Positions 34,354 through 34,745 of a stretch of DNA of 34,745 nt are shown piece after piece. The stretch comes from Octopus bimaculoides. Its lineage: Eukaryota. The notes under the pieces were generated by a model. That model saw nothing but the letters and a program-made list of their open reading frames with translations, was not told the origin of the DNA and made no database searches. Location: contig NC_068998.1 of NCBI RefSeq assembly GCF_001194135.2, positions 16,569,576 to 16,604,320 on the forward strand, given 5' to 3'. Numbering within the stretch: the stretch's first letter is position 1; each line of letters opens with the position of its first letter. A program made the position numbers and the translations under genes.

Positions 34354-34745
34354 GAAGCATTTAACGAAATAGAAGGGGATATAGCATCATACAACGTGGA
34401 AGACAATTGGAGATTTCTGAGGGACAACCTGTTGAAAGCCACCGACCAGATTTGTGGGTGGTGTAAGGTCCCCTCCCAACCCAGAGTAACGTGGTGGTGG
34501 AACAAGGAGGTAGACAGGGCTATTAGACAAAAGAAACAGGCTTGGAAGGACTGGAAGAACGGTGGTAGCAGGGAATTGTACCAATGTGCCAGAAGGGAGG
34601 CTAGGCGACAGGTTTATTTAGCCAGAGGGGAAGCAGATAAGGAAAGATTTGCCAATGTTCTGCGCCGTGAGGACCAAAGACTCGAGGTATTTCGTGTTGC
34701 AAGACAGTGTAGGAGAGAGAATAGTGATGTTGTAGGAGAGAAATG
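34354..34745 (+). mobile_element. RTE-clade LINE ORF segment (endonuclease-RT linker), frame intact, running off the window
   Basis: Stop-free translation EAFNEIEGDIASYNVEDNWRFLRDNLLKATDQICGWCKVPSQPRVTWWWNKEVDRAIRQKKQAWKDWKNGGSRELYQCARREARRQVYLARGEADKERF..., including the WW(W)N..V..AI..KK.AWK.W motif of RTE LINEs. Confidence 0.88.

Overview
This is AT-rich, microsatellite- and SINE-dense eukaryotic DNA with three assembly gaps. The repeat types suggest a coleoid cephalopod such as Octopus (inference, not a database match). No prokaryotic features such as CRISPR arrays or operons are visible. Two divergently oriented spliced genes can be supported. (1) On the minus strand is a Myb/SANT-like DNA-binding (Myb_DNA-bind_5, MSANTD/NAIF1-type) gene with two coding exons (11008-10255 and 4376-4024, about 368 aa), probably a domesticated PIF/Harbinger ORF1. 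(2) On the plus strand is the 5' part of an unidentified gene (ATG at 21208, housekeeping-type promoter) whose first exons read like a PH-superfold domain. The rest is mobile DNA: decayed and partly intact RTE-clade LINE pieces, several tRNA-type SINE families (one sharing its 3' tail with the LINE), TTAA-flanked piggyBac-like MITEs, a clean hAT MITE and two foldback elements. The most notable observation is a type-I hammerhead ribozyme fold on the minus strand (17859-17742) in a short element bounded by (TA)n. Next are a near-perfect 130-bp-arm hairpin in an intron (24582-24907) and a foldback element with a telomeric-repeat palindrome near its centre (13719-14291). Most ORFs in the supplied track are microsatellite, gap-spanning or antisense artefacts.
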